DNA of 64,000 nt from Octopus bimaculoides. Its lineage: Eukaryota. Positions within the stretch are counted from its first letter, which is position 1; every line of letters starts with the position of its first letter. Shown here piece by piece: positions 12,601 to 23,473 of this stretch. Where the stretch lies: positions 38,838,196 through 38,902,195 of the forward strand of contig NC_068981.1 in NCBI RefSeq assembly GCF_001194135.2, written 5' to 3'. Made by a program: the position numbers and the translations under genes. The notes under the pieces were generated by a model. It saw nothing but the letters and a program-made list of their open reading frames with translations, did no database searches and was not told where the DNA came from.

Positions 12601-13640
12601 TTGGGTGAAGTAGAAAAAAGAAGAGAGATGGAAAATGAACCAACTGGAGGTTACGCATCAGTCATGAGTGAAGGAATATCTGCCAGTGCCTTGGAAGTAC
12701 ATGAAATTAAGGTAGAGCTCAGAAAGTGGAAGGAGGGAAGTAAATTAACAGAAAGGGAAGGAACTAGTTTGAGGCTGACTCCACTGCAAGAATTGACGAA
12801 CAATGTGGCAAAGAGGACAGTGGTGTACAGAACGTTATCTACGTCCTCTAAAAAGACAGGGGTTGCGCCAACAGAGACAATAGAAGAGTGCCTCAAGGAA
12901 ACAAAGAGGCTTACCACATTTTATACACATGGAAAGAAATACAGCACTGTGGAAGTAAGGTTTAGCAAAGAAGACGTGATAAACCACGCCACTGAGCTGA
13001 TAAGAACAGCGGAATGGTTCTGCTGACTTACTGTGGCAAACGTGTTGTCAGAGTGAGAATTGGCAGAGTACCCCCGAGATTAATGAAGCATGGCTGGTGG
13101 CAGCTGTCATGCACAGAATGGAGGATGAAGTAAAAATCCTAATGATTACAAGAACCAAAAAATTTAATTGATGATGGGTATGGCCTCAAGATGGCCATAC
13201 ATGTGAGCCTAAAAGACTTGCATGAAATTACGGAAGAGATCATTCTGCCAGAAGACGTCTGACTGAGAGTAGTGGTGGAAGGAAGACCACCAACATGTTT
13301 CTTATGTGGTCAAAAGGGGCACTTGAAAGCAAGGTGACCCCAGAAAGAAAACGAAGAAGAGGAGCAGAAAAGTGAAAAACAGAGTACCGAAGTGGTAGTA
13401 CCAGAAAGAGAGAAAGAAAGAGTGGAGGAATGATTCACCATTGTAAATAGGATGAAGAGGAAGGAACAGGTGACCTCTCTACTGGAGAGCCAGAAGAGGC
13501 TGAATGAGATTGAAATGGAGGGGAAAAAGAACAGGTTCGAGACACCAGCAGAATCAACAATGGAATGTGGAGTGGAGGCAGAAGCATCACTGCAACGCAG
13601 TGTGGAAGACTTAAATATTGAGAGTTATTTTAGTAGACCA
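12601..13640 (+). mobile_element. ORF1 (gag-like) remnant of an L1/Tx1-like non-LTR element, with no ORF2 present
   Basis: The 141-aa tracked ORF continues through stops and frameshifts as YCGKRVVRVRIGRVPP..WLVAA...LRVVVEGRPPTCFLCGQKGHLKAR*P (C-x2-C-x4-H-x4-C knuckle, last Cys now TGA), then a charged low-complexity tail. Confidence 0.7.
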
Positions 13641-15202
13641 ATTCTCAACACCTTCCTGTCTTTTTATAGTTTTCCATAAGAGGTCGCCTTACTGGCAATC
13701 ATGCCATTGGCACGTGAAAAAATATTCGAGCAAGGTCGTTGCCAGTGCTGATGGACTGGCTCCTGTGCTGGTTGCACATAAAAACACCATTTGAGTGTGG
13801 CTGTTGCCAGTACCGCCTGACTGGCCCTCGTACCAGTGGTATGTAAAAGCACCCACTACACTCTCGGAGTGGTTGGCATTAGGAAGGGCATCCAGCTGTA
13901 GACAGCTATACTTTGGCATAAATCCTTTGAGATTTTGTTCAGTAGAAAAAAAGTGCCATCAAAATGTCTGCTACCTCAAGGGGGGCAGTAAGGCACCTAT
14001 TCATCTTCAATTAACATAATTTTTTAAATTTTAAAATAAAATTATAGTTTTCATAGGCTTAAATAATAGAAAAATTCATGAGGAATTCAGAATCGTTAGT
14101 CACATTGAACAAAAAATAGTAGAAAAGCAGTTATGAGGTGAAATAAAATGAAATTTATTGCGAGGAAGTAAGAAGTAACGCCCCAAGCTATAATGTTAAT
14201 ATAAGAATATATTTCTAAAATGAATATTTATATTCTAACATGGAGAGTTGGCAAAAACGTTAGTGCACTGGGCGAAATGCTTTGTGATATTTTGTCTGTC
14301 TTTTGTTCTGAGTTCAAATTCCACCAAGGTTAACTTTACCTTTTGTATATTTCATTTTTTTAATTAAGCATTTCTTAAAGTTATTTTTAATATGCTGTTG
14401 AATTAGGGTAAGTTTAACTTTTATTATTAATTTTCTCTTTCAGCTTTAATTAGCTTGCTTTCTGCTCTTTTTGCTTTTCCCTTTTAGTTGCTTTCCTTTT
14501 CTTTTTAGTTAATTATTTAATCAGGCTAGTTCATTAATGTGTTATATGCTTCAGATATGTGTATCTAAATTTATTGAGGCAGGAATATAGTCATTGTTGG
14601 CTGTGTCTCTGAGGGAAGACCTGAAGGCATGTAGCAAGGCTGTCCAGAAAAGGCATTGGTTAAAAGTGCTTATATTTTAAATTTACTTTTTAAATTTCAA
14701 AATTAATTAAGAGGCATTTTTCATAAATCAAATTTACATTAATAGGATGTAGGTAGTTTTAACTTGTGTATATCTGATATGCTTTTATAATTACCGTTGT
14801 ATTGAATAATTATTGATAGATCTAGATTAGTAGCAGTCAGTGCTATTGTCCCCCAGCTCAAAATCTAGGTTACTTAAGGTGAGCCTGGTCACTTATGGGT
14901 AACTTTTGGTGAGCCATGGTGCATCCAACAAGATGGTAAAATTCACTGCCATTAATTTGGTGTGGATGGATAATATAAAATAATTCAATCACAACATATT
15001 TAAATTAAACATGAAATAAATTGAAATATCATCATCACTTACATGGCAAAATTGAAATATTATCTTTCAGTATTTTATGTTAAAATCTTAAATTATTAAT
15101 TGACACATTATTAATTATCTTATAACAGCAATGCCTGGAAAAATCATGGATTACATGGAAAAATGAGAGCATGAAAAGTAATATTCTTAAGATTATAAAC
15201 CC

Positions 15203-15278
15203 GGAAAAGTACAGGACAAGCTATTACACTTGGAAAAGTATAGGACAAGCTATTACTTCTAGTAAAGTAAAGAACAAG
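15203..15278. repeat. Short tandem repeat, 29-bp unit, about 2.5 copies
   Basis: ggaaaagta(c/t)aggacaagctattac at 15203 and 15232, plus a degenerate third start. Confidence 0.8.
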
Positions 15279-17106
15279 AAACTTTTTACTTAAATTATTG
15301 CAGCTAAAATTAAAATTTGAATATTAAAAATTATTTTATTATAGTTTACAAATAACACTATACTTATTTCAGTAGAACTTGGCTAATTTACTACCTTAAA
15401 TACAGAAAAAAGTGACTAATTAGACAAACTTACAAATTAGCTGAACAGTTTTGTACAATAAATTTAAAAGATGAGAACTGTAAAGGGATAAATTAGAAGA
15501 ACTGGCATTCTTTGCTGCAATATTCTAAGTAAAAAGTTTCTTATTCTTTACTTTACTAGAAGTAATAGCTTGCTGTATACTTTTCCAGGTGTAACAACTA
15601 GTCCTGTACTTTTCGAGGTTTATAATCTTAAGAATATTAGTTTTCATGCTCACATTTTTCCATGTAATAAATTAATGAAACAATTGTCAACTGAAATTTT
15701 GAACTGTTTTTGCTTTCCTTTGGTAGGGCAGGCAAGAGAGCCTATTTCTTTTAATAATGTTATATAATTACTTCAGAAAATTACTGTAAAGCATCAGACA
15801 AAATGTTTTACATTATATTTCTGGCTCATTACATCCTGAATTAAAATTTTCTCAAGGTTAATTTTGCCTTTCCTTTTTCTTGGATCAATAAAATATAATA
15901 CTTGTCATAAACTGGATCAATTTAATTGGCTAACCCTCTTGCCAAATTCCTGACTTTGTACCAATATAAGTAATTATTTTACTTACAACAGGAGAACCAA
16001 ATCATGGATCAATCTTATGGCATCACTCATGAAGCATCAAGTTCTAGTTTTGTTTATTTTCTAACTGAAATTTTAATCTAAGAATTGATCTTGACAAAAA
16101 TAGAAAATTTGAAATTAAAAGTTCTAATTATTTGTTGATATTATCATATTATAACTCATGTAAAAGTAAAAGTTTGAAAATTGATGATTATGCAACCATC
16201 TAAAATATTACAGAAAAGTATTTAAAAATTATTTTCCTTTATATGAGTCTTATCATTTTATAACTACTTTGTTATTGTTGAAAAGAGAAATTTAGTGAAG
16301 AACTTACAATTTTCATATTTAATTATCTCAAGAATGAAAATGAAAGAGTACCTTACATTTATTAAAAGTATTAAATTTTTTTTTTGGCAGTGAGGGAGAT
16401 TTTAAATTATTTTACTTTATTCATTTTAGAAATAAAATTTAATTTTACATAGGAAAATGTAAATGGGCATTTTCTGTTTGAAAATACTTTACTTTTATCT
16501 TACATCAACAAATTACAAGTAATTTTGATATGATTCTTATGAAAATTTTTCAAAGTAGAAAATCTTTTCAATAATTGTTATGAGAATATTTCAGACATGA
16601 TTTTCAAAGTTGCTTTCCTTTCATTACATGCACTTCATTGGATCAAGGCAAGAGATATTTGCAACAAGCAAATGCCAATAAGGTCCTTAAATATTAAGGG
16701 AGTTGAGAAGCAGGGAAGGGAATGAAGATAACAGTGAAATAAAATACTTGAAACATATCTTGTGTCAGAAGTGTATATTCAAGAACATGATAAGCTTTAA
16801 CAAATTAATATAAAAATTGAAGTTACTTTTTTTATTGTTTCTTGCAAAATTGAAGACCAACTAAATTTAATAACGAAGGTAATAGAGACTTTATTAATTT
16901 TGTTATAAACATCTGCTTAGCAAAGCAACTATAGGTGAAAGCAAAGTTATGAGCTTAAGAAATTCAATCTGCAACCATGTGCTTCTGAGTTGGATTCCTG
17001 GGGCTACAAGCTACAATAGCATCGCCTCTTAAGGGTTAGCCACATTTAGATGGAAAATACACTTCATGATGTCATGCGGCTACTGTTTATATCTCGCTCA
17101 GAGATT

Positions 17107-17180
<74 letters not shown>

Positions 17181-17182
<2 letters not shown>

Positions 17183-17572
17183 ATCTTTATGGTTTGACGG
17201 CTAACACTTGTTTTCTTAACGAAACACTTTCAAACTTGGGATACTGGTAGAATGTGTCATATAAAACATCTTTTTCTCTTAGCCTTCTTAACAAAAATTA
17301 CTTCTTAATAAGTTATTTCATGTTAAAGTTGTCGTATTTCTGTAATTTCAACCAATCACTGACGTCTATTCAGCTGAATACAGTTAGTGCTGTTCGGTGT
17401 CAAGTGTGTTATTCCCTGTTTAATTATATCATTATTCCCTAGTAAGGGTTTAGGGTTTTAGGGTTAGGGTTCGGGTTATAGGGTTGGGGTTAGGGTTAGG
17501 GTTAGAGTTATGGTTATGAGTTATAGGGTTAGGGTTATGGTTATGAGTTATAGGGTTAGGGTTAAGGTTAGG
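17181..17572. mobile_element. Putative left arm of a non-autonomous (MITE-like) DNA element carrying an internal telomere-like array
   Basis: Begins abruptly (ggatctttatggtttgacggc...) right after a (TA)n tract at 17109-17180, retains CpGs and leads into the TTAGGG array. Resembles a repeat I recall from octopus genomes. No matching right arm is seen, so the class is inference. Confidence 0.4.
17443..17572 (+). repeat. Interstitial telomere-like array, degenerate (TTAGGG)n with variants TTATGG, TTATAGGG, TTCGGG
   Basis: Directly visible: taagggtttagggttttagggttagggttcgggttatagggttggggttagggttagggttagagttatggttatgagttatagggttagggtt...ggttagg. Confidence 0.95.
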
Positions 17573-19421
17573 CTGTTTTTTGTATGGCCTATATATTGTC
17601 TATTGCATCCTGCGCATGTTATTATATAAATTAGGTTTTCCGATGCACAAGTGAAGTTTTTTCTGATGATGAAATGATGACCTTGTTCTAATATGTATTC
17701 CGAACCTTCTACTAAGATGGTACAAATCCCGCAGTTTGGCCTTCCACACTTTTTGACTGTTGGTTTTGTGGTTATTATTGGGTGCAGTTTAGCCTGTGTT
17801 AAAATCTTCTTTAAGGATTTTGGCTGTCGTTTGCTTTTTATGATGGTGTGTGTGTTTGGAGGATTTGATTCATCCTTGGGTCTCCCTTGAGTAGGGCTGT
17901 GTTTTGGAGTATGGTATTGAAAGCCTCGTTGTTAAGTGGGTTGTGTGTAGAGATGTAGGGNNNNNNNNNNNNNNNNNNNNNNNNNNNNNNNNNNNNNNNN
18001 NNNNNNNNNNNNNNNNNNNNNNNNNNNNNNNNNNNNNNNNNNNNNNNNNNNNNNNNNNNNNNNNNNNNNNNNNNNNNNNNNNNNNNNTGTAGCTCTGAGT
18101 TCCTGGAGACGTGTGTGTCGGGTGTTTGTGTCTGATACTATGGTGCAAATCCTTTTGGCTAAACAGAAAGGGATGTTCATTCTCGTGTGCCTAGGGTGGC
18201 ATGAGTCAAATGGTAGGTACTGCTTAGAGTCTGTCGGTTTATAATAGATATCCGTCTCTATTTTGTTGCCGACTTTCTTAATGAGGATATCTAAAAATGG
18301 TAGTTTTTCCTGGTTATATTCTATCGTGAATTTGATGTTTTCATTTATTCCATTTAGTATCATTTTAAATTCCTCAAGTTTTTCTATACTTCCCTCCCAG
18401 AGGATGAAGCAGTCGTCCAGATATCTTTTCCAGTTGTTCTGGATATAGTTGGAGAAAGAGTTCCCATACTTTTCGAGTGTTTTCTTGTAAAGAATTATTT
18501 CGATGTAACCCATTACTAGGTTAGCGAAGGAAGGTGCAGTACGCGTACCCATGGCTGTCCCCGATCTTTGTCTGTAATAATTATTATTAAATATGAAGTA
18601 ATTGTTTTGTAAGATAAATCTTAGTCCTTCTATAACAAGCGCTTTATTTAAGCGAGTTGGTAGTTCAAAGGGGTAGTTGTTTAGCCAGAAAGTGATCGCT
18701 TCTATTCCTAAGGTGTGGGGGATATTTGAATAAAGGTTAACTACGTCGAAGGATACTAGTAGGGTTTTCTCATTGACTGTGTTTGGGAGGTGGTTAAGCA
18801 TGTCTATATCGTCTCTTATGTAGCTTTTAATGTGTTTGAGGAAAGGTTTTAGAAGTGTATCTAGGAAGTTGCTGAGGCGGTGAGTTTCGCATGCTGGGCC
18901 TGCTATTATTGGTCCAAGTTTTAGATCTTTCGGTGAGGGGATTTTGATGATTACGTCAGTAGATTTCTTACATGCTTCACTAATTACTTTGCTTTTGTGG
19001 ACTTTAGGGATACCGTAGAATAAACTTGACTTACACGTGAAGTTGGTGATGTAATCGTACTCCTTGTCTGTGAGTCCTTCTCGGTATGAGTTGAGTAATG
19101 GCCTGAGGTTATTCATTATTTTTGGTTGATTATAATGTTGGGCTCCTTCGTAGTATATATCATCTCCTAATAGGGATAGTACTAAATTTTTATAATCATT
19201 TGTGTTCATTAGAACTACCGTGTTGCCCTTATCTGCCTCCTTGATCGTTATGGTTTTATCTTCTCTTAGTTTGACGAGGTCGTTCCATTCTCTTTTGTTG
19301 AAGGTTGGTCTGAATTTTTGCCTGTTTGTGAGTTGAAAAGGGAAATTGATTATGTGGTCACAAAAGCGGTCTAAGGCTTTATTCTTTCCCTTGGTGGGGG
19401 TGTAGTCGCTGTTGTTTCTAG
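17548..19421 (-). mobile_element. Penelope-like element (PLE), young copy: RT ORF plus start of GIY-YIG endonuclease, truncated at both ends
   Basis: Minus-strand translation is open from about 19419 (RNNSDYTPTKGK...IKEADKGNTVVLMNT) through the tracked 425-aa ORF, with PLE RT motifs FYGIPKVHK, LVSFDVVNLYSNIP, QRSGTAMGTRTAPSFANL, WKRYLDDCF, LPFLDI and YYKPTDSKQYL. After the N gap (17961-18087) it continues PYISTHNP...KCGRPNCGICTIL...NFTCASENLIYIITCAGCNRQYIGHTKNSL (GIY-YIG), then runs into (CCCTAA)-like repeats and stops at 17548-17550. Confidence 0.95.
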
Positions 19422-19423
19422 CT

Positions 19424-20026
19424 ATATATTCTAATTATTTATAATATAATATAGGATAAAATCTTTATAAGAATTTATCAAGTAGTCAGCGTGAAAAAAA
19501 CCTCATCATGAAACAATTCATCATTTTTTCCATAAATATATATAATTTATATAAAGGGCATTAACTGTGTAGTAATGCCTCACGCTTCGAGGGACTAAAT
19601 AAGTCAAAAACTACCAAAAAATAAGCAACATATTTACCGAAAGCGAGGGAATGCAGCTTTCAAAATTAATCTCTTAAAAACATTTAACTTAACGGTAAAC
19701 CACTGGTTTCTCAATCAATACAGAAAAGCTGTGAAGTAACCTGCATCTTTTGTTCATCAGTACACGTATGGTCGAGATACATAAACATAAACAAGAATCA
19801 ACATACCACGATGTACCCAACAAGGTACGACGACTTCTGTTCATAATTATATATCCGTGAAAGAGATTTGAATTTATCCGGTTGCATCTCAGTAACATGT
19901 GCTTATACAGAATAATATTCAGCACTGAATATATTCTAATTATTTATAATATAATATAGGATAAAATCTTTATAAGAATTTATCAAGTAGTCACCGTGAA
20001 AAAAACCTCATAATGAAAAAAATTCA
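19424..20026. repeat. Direct repeat pair of about 97 bp (19424-19520 and 19929-20026) with a ~410-bp spacer
   Basis: atatattctaattatttataatataatataggataaaatctttataagaatttatcaagtagtca(g/c)cgtgaaaaaaacctcat(c/a)atgaaa occurs twice, offset 505 bp, with about 3 substitutions and 1 indel. Confidence 0.9.
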
Positions 20027-20029
20027 ATG

Positions 20030-20330
20030 CACACACACACACACCTCCATAGATTCACTTTTATACACAAACTCCTGTCTCCCACCTACTTAATTATACC
20101 CTTAGAACTACTTCCCACTTAGCTCCTCACCTCCACACACATTTTTTTCTCCTCCAGCCACTTTTTTCTATTCCTCTATTTCTTTACATTTCTTCCAAAT
20201 TTTACCTCTGATGAAAAGCCAGCAGCTAAAACATCAAAGCATTTTCTTTCCTTTTAAACCTTAAACTAATATAACATGTGATAAAACGTTTTTCCCTTTG
20301 TATTGTTTTCTTTCTTTAGATATTCATTGC
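20030..20330 (+). mobile_element. Decayed PLE-type terminal region with a hammerhead-like motif
   Basis: Pyrimidine-rich tract followed by CTGATGA(20207-20213)-aa-AGC-cagca-GCT-AAAAC, i.e. hammerhead core CUGAUGA, a short stem II and a mutated GAAA, as is typical of PLE pseudo-LTRs. Confidence 0.4.
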
Positions 20331-20949
20331 TTTCATTATATATACTCTCAAGCCAAATGACCAAGTAGTTGGAGTGTTTGATTCATAATCACAAAGTCAT
20401 GGTTTGATTTTTGAACGTTGCAGCACATTGTGTCCACATCACTCCTGTTTACTTACTGTAATGAGTACCAAGCAATTGCTGGTGTGATTTTCTCTCTCTT
20501 CCTCCAGCTGCCACATCCTTGGTGTTCCATCAGGTTAAGGGTGTATAGGCTAAGAAATCTGTGTCTGTTCACAACTACATAGACAACTAAAACAATTGGT
20601 GCAAATCTAGTACAAGCTGCCAGATCATACTCCTGCATGAGTAATGATCAAACAATATATATATGTATAATCACTAGCCTCATCATATATTCGTGTATGC
20701 ATGAACATGTGTATGCATCTATGTCTATGCATATATTTGCTAGAGCTGTGTTAAAAAATTAGATCACTATTCAATAAATATAGATTAATACAAATAAGAG
20801 CTAGAATGAAATAAGAATTTGCATTGACATGTGTGATTAGAAATCTCTCAAATATGGTGCTCCCATGGGGTTACAGTCAATGCTTGAAACCAGTAAAAGA
20901 ATAAAGGAATATAGATTTATGATTTCGTATATGATGAGGAAAGAAAGAA

Positions 20950-22210
20950 GATAAAGAAATGATAACTTTGCCTTTATAACAACTTTATCAGTTTTTAGGC
21001 GGTCCTCCACCAGAGGAGCAGTCTCTCATAAACAATTTTAGTTTTCATTAGAATGTGTACCCTTAGATGGCTCCATTGTGAAGCAGAAAATAGAGAGAAA
21101 AACGTAGACAATAAATGTCTAAAAACTCCATCTCTTAACGAAGCTTTGATAAGATTTTAATCATTTCATTTTCTCATATTAAAATTTTTCTTTTCTTTTT
21201 CATTATACATGAATAGTTGATATTCTGTTAAGCATTTGAGTTGCTTTATCTGTATCATATGTAGTGTCATCAATGCTCATGCTGTCAACATTATTTCAGT
21301 GCCATTAATATTTACTTCAGTAATCAATCTCTGCCATATTTAGGTGTTTCTTTAACTGTCAGTAGCAATTGTTTGGTTCATCTGTAATTATCATAAGCAC
21401 ATAACACTTTTTGACATCCTTTTGTTTATCTGGTAAGATGTTATCGATCTGGTTATGGGAATTTATATGTTCAAGTGGTTGGACATTACAAAGACATTTC
21501 TATCCTTAATATTATTCTCAGGTTGAACCAGGTAACATAATATATTACAAGGCAAGATCTTTTAAAGTACAGGTACTTTCTATCCAACACGATTCCACAC
21601 AGTTTGAAGTGAACTGAGTTTCAATTACAATGCTTCGGATCAGCCAAAGCTACAGTAAAGATACTTGTCCAAGATGTAAGAGACTATTGCAGAATTTAGC
21701 AACTCATGATTGTAAACTGAATTTGTTGGGTAGAATCATGTCTGTAACCAAAACACCATTAGTTTCTAAATGATCAGACATTCTGTTAGACAATGCAGAT
21801 GATGTCAAGGACTCATGTAAACAGGTTGTAAACAGGTTATTGGTCTGACATTTGGAGACTCTCTGGTGTTACTTTTCAATGGAATCAATAGTGTTTTTCT
21901 TTCTAGTCAGTTGCTATTCTGTTCTCTTTATTAATTTATTTAATGATGTTACTGTAACTTCATACACACTGATTATATATTTCAGCCACATGTCGGTGGG
22001 GTGATTTATCAATTTCAGAAGCTTTCAGTTATCAGTACTATATTGTATCATTGAATTCATTGTTAGTTCTGCTAGGCCATATTTCTGATGGTGCTGTGTT
22101 TTTATATTCCAACTCTTCTAAATCTGTTCCATATTTTCTTCCAAAATTCAGATTTCTGTTGATCAAAAAAAATACCATCTAAGTTATGCATTTATTTTAT
22201 TGATGTCTAA
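20950..22210 (-). mobile_element. Ancient R4/Dong-like RT remnant, interrupted by a SINE fragment at about 21575-21715
   Basis: Minus-strand fragments EFWKKIWN, RKTLLIPL...NVRPITCL, SDHLETNGVL, NILPDKQKGC, TKQLL, LNMAEIDY and an RGIFQGD-like remnant occur in the expected order. Confidence 0.6.
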
Positions 22211-22353
22211 GCAGAATTGTTTAGTACTTGTTTAAAATAACATATTCTTATGAAAGAAACACTCTTGCCTTTTAAACTTTCTTATCCAACATAAATTTTC
22301 GAAGTGGTTTTAGTCTCACTTTTACTTTTACATTACCATTATTTTAAAATAGT

Positions 22354-22737
22354 GGAGGTGCAATGGCTCAGTGGTTAGGGCAGCGGACTCGCGGTCATAG
22401 GATCACGGTTTCGATTCCCAGACTGGGCGTTGTGAGTGTTTATTGAGTGAAAATACCTAAAGCTCCACAAGGCTCTGGCAGGGAATGGTGGCGAACCCTG
22501 CTGTACTCTTCCACCACAACTTTCTCTCACTCTTACTTCCTGTTTCTGTTGTGCCTGTAATTCAAAGGGTCAGCCTTGTCACAGTGTGTCACGTTGAATA
22601 ACCCCGAGAATTACGTTAAGGGTACACGTGTCTGGGGAGTACTCAGCCACTTGAACGTTAATTTCACGAGCAAGCTGAGTTGATTGGATCAACTGGAACC
22701 CTCAACATTATAAGCGACGGAGTGCCAACAACAACAT
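22354..22737 (+). mobile_element. Full-length tRNA-derived SINE with (AAC)n tail and 11-bp target-site duplication
   Basis: A box tggctcagtggtta, B box gtttcgattccc, tail ccaacaacaaca; flanked by attttaaaata at 22341-22351 and 22736-22746. Confidence 0.9.
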
Positions 22738-23114
22738 TTTAAAATAATATTTGCTTTGTTTTCACCTTTATGTTACATTCAACACTTCATTCATATTTCT
22801 TTGACTAAGTTTAGTTCTACCCTCTTTTTTTACCAACTTCCAAATTGTTTTACATTTTGCATTTTATAATTTCTTATTATTTGGATAGATTTACACCTTC
22901 ATTATATTTGACCCTCCATTTCCCTAGGTATGCCTCTTTCCTCCATTTTTCTTTATCAATCTTATGAAAAAAGATTTTTTTTTTCCATTATATTCTATAA
23001 GCTTGTCTGAAGAAGACCATAAAGAATCAAATTTGGTTTCCTTCTAGATTCTCATGGCTACTCAGTAACGTAGGGCATTTAACATGTTTTTTAACTGTTA
23101 CTTGTTTCAGTGTT

Positions 23115-23473
23115 TAGACTGCATCTATTCTGGGGCACCACTTTGAAGGGTTTAGTAAAATAAATTGACCCCAATAGCTATTGATTTTAAGTACGGTACT
23201 TATTCTATTCGACTCCAGACCACTGAGTAATAGGAATCTAAACAAGCCAACACCAGTTGTCAAGTAGTGGTGGGCGGGGGACAAACACAAACACAGACAC
23301 ACACACACACACACACAAGCAACAAGATTCTTTCATTTTCCATCTACCACATTCACTTACAATGCATTGATCAGCACAAGGCCACAACAGAAAAAAACTT
23401 GCCTAAGGTGCCACACAGTGGAATTGAACCCAGAACTATATGGTTTGGAAGCAAGCTTCTTATCACACAGCCA
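23115..23473 (-). mobile_element. tRNA/CORE-like SINE with internal (CA)n
   Basis: Reverse complement gives tggctgtgtgataagaagcttgcttccaaaccatatagttctgggttcaattccactgtgtggcaccttaggcaag..., an internal microsatellite and a 3' part collinear with 34668-35092. Confidence 0.8.

Noticed and set aside
17443-17572. True chromosome end
   Set aside because: The array is short, degenerate and flanked by kilobases of ordinary sequence on both sides.
22354-22430. Possible tRNA gene (A and B boxes present)
   Set aside because: No acceptor-stem pairing or T-rich terminator. It continues into a SINE body with a tail and target-site duplication.
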